This document shows positions 37,795 to 50,450 of a stretch of DNA of 64,000 nucleotides, one piece after another. The number at the start of each line of letters is the position of its first letter. Position 1 is the first letter of the stretch. The DNA comes from Takakia lepidozioides (Eukaryota > Plantae > Bryophyta): contig CM060732.1 in NCBI GenBank assembly GCA_030704615.1, positions 11,532,001 to 11,596,000 of the forward strand. Reading direction: 5' to 3'. A program made the position numbers and the translations under genes. The notes below the pieces were generated by a model, which made no database searches, was not told where the DNA came from, and saw only the letters and a program-made list of their open reading frames with translations.

Positions 37795-38137
37795 GCGTGT
37801 GTGGGATGGGCAGCTGCAGAGAAAACGTGCACCGCAGATGCCCTAAAAACAGCGTGCAGCACCACACACTGTTTTGAAGGCAACAACATGGGAACGGGAT
37901 TTAATAATAATAATAATAATAATAACCGTGTGCGGGATGGGCAGCTGCAAAAAAAAACGTACACCGCAGATGCCCTGAAAGTAGTGCCGCACACTACTTT
38001 CAGGGCATCTGTGTGGGAACGAAAAAAAAACAAACGTGTGTGGGATGGGCAGCTGCAGAGAAAAAAAAACACTGCAGATGCCTTGAAAACAGTGTGCGGT
38101 GCCCCACACTATTTTCAGGGCATCTGCGTGGAAATCC

Positions 38138-38169
<32 letters not shown>

Positions 38170-38560
38170 TGTGTGGGATGGGGGCATATGCAGAGAAAAC
38201 GTGCTCCGTAGATGCCCTGAAAATAGTGTGCGGTGCTGCACATTGTTTTTTGAAAAAACGAAAAAAACGAAAAAAAAAAAAAAAACTCTTGTGGGATGAC
38301 CATCTGCACAATAAACGTGCTCCGTAGAAGCCTTGGAAACAGTGTGCGGTGCCGCACACTGTTTTCAGGGCATCTGCATGGGAACGAAAAAGAAAAAGAA
38401 AAAGTGTGTGGGGTGGGCAGCTGCAGAGAAAACGTGCACCGCAGATGCCCCGAAAGGATTGTGTTGTGCCGCACACTACTTTCAGGGCATCTTCGTGGGA
38501 ACAAAAAAAAAAAAAAAAACGTGCGTGGGTGCCACAAACTATTTTTCAAGCATCTGCGGG
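37795..38560. repeat. Tandem array of ~120-bp units, each with a long hairpin
   Basis: Six units plus a partial one: GTGGGATGGGCAGCTGCAGAGAAAACGTGCACC-GCAGATGCCCTGAAA..AGTG loop CACT..TTTCAGGGCATCTGC, separated by A-rich tracts. Confidence 0.9.
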
Positions 38561-38944
38561 GGAACCTGCCAAAAGTGCATTCGCTTGTGTCAAGTCAAAC
38601 CGCATACATTGATTCATCCCAGCCATCCCGCAGAAATTACACTATTCCATGTGGGCGATTTTCACGAGTCCAAGCCTCAACTCCACTCCACTAGCTTTTG
38701 GGTCTGGGGATCTGCACTGTAAGCTGCTACTACGTTTGGACTGGTAAGAAAGCTTCATGTAACCAGCACCCTCATTCTCTCTCACTTCGGCAATTGAACA
38801 CTAATCAAATCGTTGTTTATGACACGAGGGCCGGGGGTGGGATGGATGTAAAAGACGTTATCTGCAATGACTGAAAAGGGTAAGTCAATCCGCGGCTATA
38901 GGCGCCTCCCACGGAAATACGCCCTGTAAGTTCGGAATTCATAA

Positions 38945-39013
38945 ATGACGTGGCGTGAGCCTGTGCTGGGCTCATAGGCTCACGCCTCCAAGCTCACGGT
39001 GTAGCAACCCCCG
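38945..39013. mobile_element. Orphan TIR-element end related to 21611-22679
   Basis: Reverse complement GGGGTTGCTAC...GTGAGCCTATGAGCCCAG shares GTGAGCCTATGAGCCCAG with ~21641-21658; partner end and TSD not found. Confidence 0.5.
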
Positions 39014-39159
39014 TCATAAAAGGCTGATACGACTGAAAAATAGCAGACGTAAAAGCCGGGATCTGTTGTAGTGTTGTGATCTTGTAGTCCAAGGGGGACT
39101 TCTCAAATGTATCTATTGTCTGCTTCTCTAGCTGCAAAAAAACCATTACATACTCAGTG

Positions 39160-40830
39160 TCGGATTGGAAACTAACATGGCCTCATACTTCACAATTGCG
39201 AAAAATACAAGACAATATTACCTGGCTCCAGAATGTCGCTTTGTGCAACCAAGTATCGAAAGCCTGGTCGCTCACTAGTTTCACCACCCCTGTAACGGGA
39301 TCCTGTTCTGCCTTGGGAAAGTTGTTTGTGTCCCGGATAATGGGATTGGAATTCCAAATCTCCAGCCACCTCAGTTCTTGGGCTGGATCTACCATAGAGA
39401 TGGAGAGATGATGGAGCTTTTCCTGCGTCATCCCTGGTTTGGTGGGCTTGTTCCAATGGATTCTCACCTGCACCAAAAACCCCTTTCCCAGTCCAGGGTC
39501 AGCAATCCTTATTTGTTTGTCGAACCCACTCTTGAGGAGCTCCTGCAGCTGGTCATCTCCGCCTTGATTTTGGTCTCCACCCCTTTGGCTGTCTTTTCTT
39601 CTTCATCAGTAGTTGCATAATACTCTGTTTGGCTCGCTCACCAGCTTCGGCAATTTCTTGCTGCCACAAGAAAACAATCCATTCATATTAGCATTAGATG
39701 GATGTGTACATTGACAGTGAGTATTGAAAACCATGGAGATCTAACCAGGAGGTGCACTTATCGCGTACAAGTAGTCCAGGGATGCCCCCCTCGTTAGGGT
39801 GTACCAAGTATCATTTTTTTACTGAAGGTGACTTGGGTTTCTGGCAAGATCTGCCTCAAACTCTGTGTTCACTTCTCTCCAGCATGGGCCGCATCCCGCA
39901 ACCACAGTGTCATCCACCAACTGCTCTTCTCAATTAATGTATGTGATAGATACGTAGAAAACCGCCGAACCCTTCAAGTAGCCATGGATAAAATCTCCTT
40001 ACAGCTTCTTAATATCATGATGGAGGGCAGGGCGAACTGCAGGCATCGAAATCATCCCGCACAGCAGAATGGAAAGAGTACCCTATGGAACTTCCATGGA
40101 GTTGATGACCTTTCTGGAGTTCACCTTTGATGTGTGCATCATGGAATGAACTTTATCTTCATAGTTCTCATCCACGTCTTGAGGCCCCCCTTCCTGGTCA
40201 ACTGTTTGCTTTGGAGGTTGGTTTTCCCCAGCCTTCTTCCTCTTTCTCTAGACAGATCCAGCTCCAAGTGCATAAGATTCAGGGCACATTAAGGTGTCGT
40301 TGACGACACCTTAATCTTGCTAGGCTTCCATGAACACAATCCGCAACAAAATGTCTTTTCCTACTGTAAAGAACCATCGTAGGACATGTAAGGGATGTAA
40401 GGGATGCAAAGAGTTGGTGATTAAGAGGTCGTTGACGATACCTTAATGTAGGGCCTCTCATCATGCATTCCAGTGCAAGAACAAAAAACTATGGCACTTG
40501 AACTTGCCTGTGGGGGCTTCTTTGCACCGCTTGAAGACCCTGTCTGTGCTGCTCGCATGCTTCGTTGTGTTTGTTTCTTCTCCTGAATGGTTCGCGAAGG
40601 AACCTCTGGGTTTGCTGGAATGTCTACAATAGCCACATCCAGCTGATTCTTATCCTGAATCCGCACCTCCTCCTCTTGCACGCCAACCTCCTCCTCCTGT
40701 ATCGTTTCCATCCTCTCGCCTCCCTCTTGCTCACTGGGGAACTCCCTCTCTCCCCGTCTTTTTGTGTTTTCTCTACAAAATGTCATACCCTTCAGCATAA
40801 GTTTCTGGATCAATTTTAAGATGTCATCAA
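39160..40830 (-). pseudogene. ParB/Srx-family gene, copy A (degenerate, internally deleted)
   Basis: MISMPAVRP...DFIHGY...VFYVSIT (~39940-40150) and KLHHLSISMVDPAQELRWLEIWNS...WLHKATFWSQ (39183-39476) align by eye with copy B. Confidence 0.75.
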
Positions 40831-41153
40831 CGACATCTTAATCTAGCTCTCCTCAGACTGAATTTTCTGCAGTCCAGGCCAGTTCGTGCCTCCGTTGAAA
40901 CTCTTGCATCATTGTCACATGTCCTTCTGAGGAGGCAGATTAAGGTGGCGTTGATGCCACCTTAATTTTGGCCTCTGTGGCCCCACTCACCACCATGCTT
41001 AGAATCCCAAACAACTTCAACTACTACACTAAGAAATTGCTTGAAGACTACTTACATGTCGGGACACATCATGTGCATTTGATGGGCACCATCAACAACG
41101 TAATGGTGGGGAAGATGAGAGCTCTTATTACGGTGTCGCCAACGACACCTTAA
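40288..41153. repeat. Five dispersed palindromes TTAAGGTGTCG-TTGA-CGACACCTTAA (copy A type)
   Basis: 40288-40315, 40420-40447, 40816-40841, 40939-40966, 41128-41153. Confidence 0.85.
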
Positions 41154-42339
41154 AACTGCCTCCCCATTTCCGATTCTGTAATGTTCCACAAAACAAAGAA
41201 TGCACCGTACCGTGCAACTCACATGTGCTGGCTTCTGGCCTCCGCTGGATGTGCCAAAATCTCCTCCGCGCATGCTCCCTTGCGCTCGACTCTTGTCCTT
41301 CAACGAGCGCAAAGAAGCCTCTACGCTTGGTGCCCCTCCCACAGTTTTGAGAACCCTTGGCGCACCATGCTCACTTGACTGCACCTCCGCAGGCGAAACG
41401 TCTGAACCCTCCTGCATGGCTTGCATACTCAACCCCAAACCCTTTGCCAGTGTGGGTAACTCACGCAATAGTGGCCTCTGAAGAAGCTCTTCAAGTACTG
41501 TGTCTGAAATGAGCCCCTACCCATGCGTGCTCTCACTTTCGTGTCCCTGAGATCCCTCAACTTCACCCTCGCTCTCTCCCTCTCCAAGATGTAGGGCCCT
41601 TCTCGCGTTCTTCATCCTCTCTCTCGCTTTTTGCCTCTGTCTCGCAGACGTGAAGTACAGGGATTTTCGCCTCGCTCTCTTCTTTGCAAAAACGTTGTCG
41701 TTCTTGAGAGGCTCCAGTGTGACGAGTGAGAGAAAGGAAGTGGCGGGGCAAGCGGTTAGGAAGACATCCCGTCAGTGGATGACGCGGTTGCACTTCTCTT
41801 AGGGTTTCTTTCTGCGTATCAATGGCTGGAATTGCCGGTGACTTAACGGATTTTTGGTGCGTTCCATGTGCGTTTATGTTTTGCAGCGGAGCAGTAAGGG
41901 GGGCGTATCGGTGGCGTGCCTGCATGGCGTCGGATTGGACATTTGTCCCCACCTCTGTACATCCACTGTCAGATTCGCGTATGTAGGATTCAAAATGGCG
42001 GCCCTGACATGTGGATCCTGACTGTCATTGGCGTTCGTTAGACATCGGATTCCATCTTTGGGGTGCTCCACCATTATCCACTGCAAATCCATTTCCGACA
42101 TAATGGTTTGGGGCTTCTGGGGATTCTGCAACTAACGGAAGATTAGACTGGCAGTGTATAGGGAGTGCATGGTTGCCACTCATTGACACGCACGTGGAGA
42201 CGGATCAGGAACACCTTCGGCATGTGCCGTCACTGAAGGGGAGTCTCGGGTTCAGAATCCTGATTAGCACTTTGCCCGTGTTCTCCACTGACCCACAATA
42301 CCTCGTCATGTGCGCAATGTCTGGCACCTCGGATGTCGC

Positions 42340-43245
42340 AATTTTCTACTCCAACGCACAGGCGGAGTACCTCAGCGCCGTGGCAAATGACAATGGGCTG
42401 GCTGAACTATAAAAGAGGACTTGATATGCGTAACCTTCCGCTACGAACCAGGGACTATTCATGTGGTGAGAGAATTGTACGATGTTACGGGCAAGGTCGA
42501 GGGCACAACGGTTCATAAACCACATATATCTGAAGGTCGGCGAGAGTGGAGAGTTCCACCTACAAAGTTTTGAGTTCATGGGGATCAAAGACATCTCTCA
42601 GGAAACTCTATTGTGACTCCCGGAATAGCTGCTTTGGTGACTCAAGGCCCAAAACTTGTTGCCATCAAAACAGAAGAACCCACCACCTCCACCACATTTG
42701 TGGAGTTGTCTGATAGTTATGGAGACGACATCTCCGAAATTCCTCCTCCTCCAAACCAGCCACACTCAGTCGACCCAGATGTTCAGGAGATTGCTAGTGT
42801 CATTCCGATGTTGCGGTCTCTTAGAGGGATAACAGGTACTAGAACTGATGTGAGAGGCATTGTCTAGGAAACACTAAAGATTGAAAGAGTGAAGTTTCTT
42901 CCAGCAAAATTCGATGGTCATATCCTTTTTGAATTGCCACCTCCGACCTCTTCTGGAGGATTGGTAGGACTCATGCAAGGCATGGACAAGAAGCATGATG
43001 GGCATCCTTGGTGCCGAACAAAGACTTCGAATATATGCAATTCTCATGGGTTGAAATTTCGCAGATATGCTTGTGTTGGACATTTGCTTGAAAATGCAGA
43101 TTGCCAGCATTTGAGGATGTCGGGTTCACCAAATGAAAAGGAATGGGAGGGGATCTCAGACAACCCTTTCAAAATAAGATGTGCCCCTCCCAGCGGGAAG
43201 ATGTTTGCTTGTCGGTTTTGCAAAATGGTCCCAGTGTGTTTGTGG
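42340..43245 (+). pseudogene. N-terminal part of Mutator-like transposase, copy A (truncated)
   Basis: KFLPAKFDGHILFELPP...GMDKKHDGHPWCRTKTSNI...NEKEWEG...CRFCK closely matches 49480-49860 on the minus strand. Confidence 0.8.
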
Positions 43246-44039
43246 GCCGATCGCCCACAAAAGGTTGGACTGTTCTTTGTCGTTTATGGACTTAGGACGC
43301 AATCGAAGATGGTCTCAAAGGAGATACCGGAGGGGGGTCTGCCCGAGATGGACCGACATTAGATGGTCCGGCATGTGAGAAACCATGAGTCTGTTGCGGA
43401 ACACGTCAGTTAAGGTGGAATTGTAGTGGCAGGTTGTCATCATCCGAGGCTTCAACTTCCGCCCGGTCCAATGCAGCAGAATAATGCGTGCTTGTGGAAA
43501 ACAGATCAACCTTGTTGTTCCTTAATGCCCGCTGTGTTGTTGGGGAGCTGGATCGGTTTTGGCATTGTGGTGGAGTTGGTCGTATCGGTGAGGCATGATC
43601 CCCTCCCGTCGACTGTATAATGGGTTTGACACATTGTTTGTATGAACAGGGTTGCATACGTCGCTTGGTCCTGGAAGTTCATCATCCATAAGCTCCATTG
43701 GGGCACTACCGGTGGCTTCAGCGTGTAGTGGGGGGCGAGGGTCGACCCCAACTTCATTTTGAGGACCATAATCTGGGGATGACACAATTGTAGCTTCACC
43801 GTCATCTGCGATACGCACTTCTTCAAGAAGATCATCAAAGGTCGGCTGGATATAAGCATCATCCTCTGTGAATGTAAACAGATCATACGTATTTTCGGGA
43901 GTATCATCGGATTTATCTTCACTATCGAAGGCAGATGATCCCTCTGAGATAATTCCCTCTGAGGCTCAGTATCATCACTCATCGGATCTACCTCAGAAGC
44001 AGAGTCTTTCGAATGCAAATTCCTCTCATATCATGCTGC

Positions 44040-45967
44040 AGCATCATTCGATGCCCTCTCACGTAGCAGTCGGCAATTGGTATACACTACACCAATTTGT
44101 CAGCCCTCGCGGGATTCAATCTGTTGTGAATCTTGTTGTGAACAAATGAGTAACTGCTCCAATTGTATTCGCAAGATGAGGCAGAGCACACTTGAGCAAG
44201 AATATGCTTCGCAATGGGAGCCAATGTTCTTGCTCCAGCTCCAATCAGATCCCACCATTCATGTGGCAACATATTGAGCTCTTTGGATCCGGCATGTCCT
44301 CAAAAGGGTTGCAGTGATCTGAGAAGCATTGATACTCGGATATAACTCTCTCTGCCATGTTCGGCGGAGCCAGTCACATGAGCACTCGCACGAGGCCGGC
44401 CTTGGCATTAGCGTCGTCTCAGAACATGGTATTGTCGAGCAAGAATGGATTGAGCAAAGCCCCCGTATAATGCAAGTCCGTTCGAACCATTGAACAACGG
44501 TCGTAAAATGCATCCTCAGCACTGTCCGCAAGTTCAAGTTCTAAGGAGAAGGGATGCCTCAAGGATTGGACATGTTTCTCAAGATTTTGCATTAGTAACC
44601 ATGCCTTGCCCCCATTACTGGTTGCTTTCCTTCAAACTCCCGCAACGATTTTAACACCGGCTCTACCATATAAACAAAGTTTTCACATTTCTTCCCGAAA
44701 TCATCGTTGCGAATGCTATTTCGAACTTTTCGACTTTTCTACAGTCCCGCAATGACCGCGTGTACGCATCCCATTGAGGATCGATGATGGTGTGCTCCAG
44801 ACTGCTCTTCACCGTCACCAATCGATCCACCATCAAGAAGTTAGTGGCAAAACGAGTTTCGCCTGAATTGCGGAGGTTGTATTTGGGTTCGTGTCTCCTA
44901 TATACTGCCAAAAAGATGTGGTGTGTGCAGATGAACGACACAACAGTCTTCGCTCGCTTGACAGGTTGTTTCACCCACTATTCTTTTCCCCAATTTTCCA
45001 AAAGGAGGTCAAGGATTTGAGCAACACAACCTTGATAGTACATATGGGGATAACATGCCAACAACATGTCTGCAGTGTTTCTCATGTTAGCAGCATTGTC
45101 TGTGCATATTTGCACGATTCTATCACTTCCGACCTGTTCGATGAAGTCCGTCAATAGTGGGCATTGATAACGTCCATATTTTTTCTCGCTGCTAGTGTCG
45201 ACCGATCCCAAGAATTATTCCCCAGCTGGACATATGAGCATGACATTGAACAACGGTCTGTTTATAACAGACCTCCAACCATCGGCACATATAGTGCTTC
45301 CATATTTTCTAATGCACTCGCCCGTCCTATCGTTGACCTTTTGGGTAAGCTCGGTCATGGCGTCTTCTAGCGATCATGTACGGATATTGTGATAAGTTGG
45401 AGGTACGTATGTGGATCTGGACTCCGAGATTGCTCTAATGGCAGAAACAAATGTCGGAAGCCTTGCCACATTAAATGGTATGTTGGCCTCGAAGAAAAAC
45501 TACGCCCATTTTTTATCCAACTGTCTTTTCGCAGACAAGTTAAGATCTTCCTGCATGGATTGCTGCCGTAATCCTCTACTCCGTTGAAGTATAGGGAAAC
45601 AAAGAGGTGTTGCTCCAGCACAACCCACTTGTCCAAGGACACCTGAAGCCTCACAAGAGTCGCATTGGGTACTAATCGGGGCATCCTGACGGGAAGATGG
45701 AGTGTTCTGCTCAGAGGTCATCTCCAGATCCAGAGACATTGGAATATTGCCTCCACACTGGGCAAAGTGGCTTTTTACCCGCATAGATGCTTTAGGGCAA
45801 AAACCCACCCCAACGCTCTTCACACCCCTATAGCCGAGGTGAGCGAGCAACCGATCCTTACGATAATAAAGCTTTAATCCACATAGGTTGCACTCAACAC
45901 TACCAGTGGCACTGACAGTGTTCGGGATTGCCGTATACCAAGGGCTCCATTCCTCTCTCATCTTCAC
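44040..45967 (-). pseudogene. hAT-like transposase of the DUF659 type, degenerate
   Basis: VECNLC...DRLLAHL; IVQICTDNAANM; GCVAQILDLLLE; GETRFATNF; EWWDLIG...LAQVCSASSCEYNWS...HNRL. Confidence 0.85.
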
Positions 45968-46867
45968 CCAATATCCACTCCCCTGGGCCCTACCGATGTA
46001 AATAACAAAAAATAGTCACCTATAAATGAATGTTTGTGAATGTAGAGTGCAATGCGATAGCCCAACACTTCTATACCTGTCAGCAACCCACGTGGGTCGA
46101 TGTGAGTTGTAGTGTTGAGCTTATACACAATCTGCTGAAGTGGCTTTGGGTGGAAGCCACAACGGCAAAAAGTGCGCACCCTCCTCTTGGGCTACACTCT
46201 CGTTCAATGGAAGAGAACATCCAAAACAACCTCAAGTGCTTCCGCCAAAATAAGTGAGGAGCTTGGTGACGTTCCTCCCTTATATATGATCCAAGAAGGA
46301 TGAAAGTGAAATGAAAGTGAAATGAATAAATGACGAACCAATAGCGCCCACCCGAAAAAAGTGGTATAACCATATTTATTATAATTTAAAAATTAAGCGA
46401 CCGCTAATACTACGGTCGCTATTTTTTTTTTTTATGAAAAACAAGCGACCGCCCTTACTGCGGTCGCTTTTATTCCTTTTCATTTTGTGCAATATTGCGG
46501 ACTACCATGAGGCCTACAATTGTAGCATCCAACATTGTGCAATTACAAATGTTTGTTTCACTTTTACAATTACGAGGACGAGAAAATATCCTTACAAAGT
46601 GTGCGCCATAGAGGCTGCCACGGGAAGACCTTCCTCCCTCCTCAAATAACAATGAGAGTTAGGATCATCTTCAAAAGATGATTGTAGTGCATGGCGACAT
46701 CAAGACATGTAGACTTCGAACGGTGCAATGACAAATGTGCTTTTAAAAGTTGCCACTCAGAGCTCACTCCATATAGTTGGAGGCCATATCATTGCACCGC
46801 CGACGAATTGATGTGAATTACACATTTCAAATCATAATCGTCCACATACTACATTGCATAGTTGATG

Positions 46868-49800
46868 CTACCCATGTGTTGTATCCCGCTGCAATAGAGT
46901 ATCGACCTCGTTGAAACTCATAGTGGCCTGGTGAATGAAGTTGTCACGTTTGGGATCGCAAACCATCCTCTTCAAAAATATGAAATACAAATGTTTGCAA
47001 GGTATGAATTTACCTCTCTTGCCCAAACTGGTTGATAGCATATTCACAAAATCAGGACATGTGCAATTGGGAAATTGGAAACCGTGATGTCGTAGGTCCT
47101 GTCATGAACAGCAGATGTGGAAGTGATGATTGTGAATACCCGACCATATCCTGGATCGGGTACTTCCGTGGTGCTTCCAACACGAGCTTGGAGCATTCTT
47201 GCGGACTCCACTTTGCCAAAGTGTTTAGCGGTTGGGGGGAAACGCCGAACGAGCTTTCCATCTCGTTTGGTTGGCCACAAGTCAGGATTTGTCGGGGGGA
47301 CCCGGGAGGACGCAGAAGTAGTAGCACATGCATTGAGTTGGGGTTGTCTCGCAAGGGAAAAGCCTGCCTTCTCCAGCATTTCAATCTCCTGAAATCTGAG
47401 ATGTGTTCCCACCTTCACGGGCCAAACGGTTGGAGGAGATGGCTTCATCACTACGGAAGGACGCACAGTTCCATGCACACATCTGGCACAATCATCTGCG
47501 CAGAACCAGAACTTGTCGTTCTTGGCTTCCGGTTGACCGTATGGACGCATCAAACCCGTGAAAGTCGGAGCAGGAGTTCGGGCACCACCTTTGGATATAG
47601 ATGAAGTGCACTTCTCAAAATTAGTTGCCCTGATCGCTGTACATTTCACACGAGACCCTACACTTGTGCGTTCTATGTGCCAAACGTGGTCGGGGCATGT
47701 GGACTCAAACATCAAGGGGGTTGTTTCTCTCCTGCACCATTTCAGTGGCACTTTTTTGATGCTGGAGCTTGCCGTCGTGTTGGAGGTTCCTCCACAATGG
47801 AGGTTCCGGACATGGAGCTGTCATGCAGGGGAACACGAGGCTTCGAGAAGTTATCACGGTCTGCCCTGTGCGAATCGGAATCCGAACCAGGTGGAGTGTT
47901 CAATTTCCTCTTACAGGAGCCGAATCTCTCCTCCCCTTCAAGATGTGGAACTCTAGAAACAAGTGACATTCCCTGGGCATACATGCTCACCGCCCGTGCT
48001 ATCTTGATTGGATCACCAGATCTGTTTGCAGCACGCAACATCAACTCCCATTTGTCCGGACCCTTGCCACCAACCCTACCTCGCAAGAAATCACGGTATC
48101 GGGTTTGTTGTTGCAAGGCACGTATCAAATCATCTGTTGTTGCCACATACAAATCCCAACCTCGTTTCCCAGACTGCTGCATCCATGCGTTGTGCACAGT
48201 TTCTGCCAAATTGCAAGATGGCATGTCCGCCATTTCCTCAATGGACATGTTCTACAAAGTGCAGAACCACACTTCAAAACAGTGAATAGAAAACAACATA
48301 AAGAAAGCGAGGAGACAATAAAATGGAAAATAAATGTATGAATAAAGCAAGAAATATAAGCCTCGTACCACTGCCATGGCTGCTCCCCACTGTCTATACC
48401 GGAAGTGCCAAAACGTCAGCCAATCTTCCAATGCTCTCATACTCTCAAGTGATGCAGCTCCAGAAGAGAACCACCATGCAGGAATTGTCTGGAACAAAGT
48501 GTCCGCCTCCTTCATTGTTCTAGCATCTTTGTACTTTTTGCACAATTTACGGTGCTGAGTCTGCATCTCTGGTTTGATATCCGACTTTGTATGTTTTTCC
48601 AGAGATTGTGTCCAATGGAATAGACATGTACGCTCTCTTCCTCGCATTGGCACTTTTGGGTCGCCCGATCCGAAGACAATACGAACAGCATTGAAATTTG
48701 CTTGAGCACTATCCGCCATGAAACCTGCGAAATTTGGAGATGGCAGCCCATGGCAGCCCATGACACGTATCAGGGAATTCCACATGAGCTTTTGGGATTC
48801 CGTATCCTCGGATTGCATGTCACAAACTGCAATTGTTATAACTCGTTGGTACATTGGATCGTAGATATGACAAGCCATTGTCGTCCAATCCTTCACTCGT
48901 TTCACATGATCAAACATAAGAAAGTTCTGCAAGTCCCCAGTCTTCTGCACCCGCTTCACGAGGCTAACCCCACTGCCCTCCCCAACAGTCGACATTTTGA
49001 AAAGAAAAACTTTGATGGCACCTTGACCTGGGAATACATTGTCCTGGATGTAATCGTACTTGCTCACTCGTTTCAATTCCAAAATGTGTCTCTATGTAGC
49101 CTCTGATACCAGAGCCCATTCTTAATGCATTAATCTGATGCCGAATGTTAGGTGAACTCAAAGTGGAGAAATGATCCATGACCAGGTCCAATGCTGCACC
49201 GTCAAGTTTAGTCCCCACAGAATCCCCTTCACTCAAAATATGGCTTTCCAAGAAGGACTTGTTGCGCGCCAAGAGCAATTGCAGATGTTGTTGCGGATGG
49301 GTTTCTCCCAAACTCCTGTTTAATCAACCTCGATACTGTCTCAACACTCTCCCTGTAATCCCCCTTCGAGACAGGATGGTTATGGAATCCGAAATGCACA
49401 CAAACTCTTGTCATTGTTTTCAAACGGTGGACAACATAGTACATTTTTGCTCCGCAGAGCGCCAAGCAGGATGGCACAAGTTTGCAGAATTTGCAGACGA
49501 AACTGTTTGCCGGTGGTGGGGCAGTCCCGGCTGAAATGGATTTTCCGCCAGACCCTCCCATTCGCTTTGATTATGAACCCCAGACTGAAGAAAGTATCTG
49601 CAATTCAAATTATCACACCTAAGGTGTCCATTTCAAACTGTCCTCCTGAAAACAAGCTTGTCATCATTCTGAATATTGGATGTTTTTGTTCTGCACCACG
49701 GGTGCCCGTCGTGTTTCTTGTCCATTCCATGCATCATGATTGTTACACCTCCAACTCGCGGAGCAGGAGGCAGCTCGAATAGGATATCGCCATCAAAAGT

Positions 49801-50450
49801 CTCTGGCAAGAACTTCACAGGCACCTGCTTCAAAGATTCCCAATCAATTCCTCGCAACTCACTTTTGAATCCAGCCATTCCTCCCATCGCCCGTAGTTTT
49901 GGAATGACACTACAAATCTCTTCTTCATCAGCTTCTCCAACCAACCACAGTAGGAAGGACTGGATTTGGAATTTCACTTATGTCATCATCGGACGAATCC
50001 GAAAGCTCAACGATTGGAGTGGAGGACGTCTGTTCTTTTTTCACCACCACCTCCCTCTTGTCTTCAACAACCGAAGCAGCAGTCCCGGGCGTCACATATG
50101 ACCCAAGGGACTTTCGCCGAGGCTCTCCAAGTACTCTGTATCGACCAGGGCGCACTCTCCACTGGCTGACATGAGCCGTCTCATCACGGTTTTGGAAAGA
50201 GTATTTCAACTTCCCTTTCAAATCGTACACCTCTTTCTCCAAAAAGATGGAGCCATTCTGAAGCTGAAAACGGGTAGCCAAGACATGTTCCAGAACAATT
50301 GCAAATCCATTGTCAAGGACTTCCTGGAGAACGGCACTGGTTTGTCGTCAGAGAAGAAACTCCGCTTCAGAGGAAGCCATCTTCCTTCCTCGCATACGTT
50401 GATACCTTGCTATCGCAGACCTTCAGTGTAAATCGGTTTACTGATGTCTC
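46868..50450 (-). pseudogene. Mutator-like (MULE) DDE transposase with N-terminal Cys/His domain and C-terminal SWIM finger, copy B (frameshifted; start approximate)
   Basis: LMFDHVKR (D), GFMADSAQAN (D), TCLFHW (CxxH), PSCNLAETVH (E); SWIM NCTCPDF...PCKHLYF (~46985-47070); probable intron ~48255-48365. Confidence 0.8.

Noticed and set aside
37795-38560. CRISPR-like repeat-spacer appearance
   Set aside because: Units are ~95 bp of conserved sequence with low-complexity A-rich spacers, no cas genes, eukaryotic context
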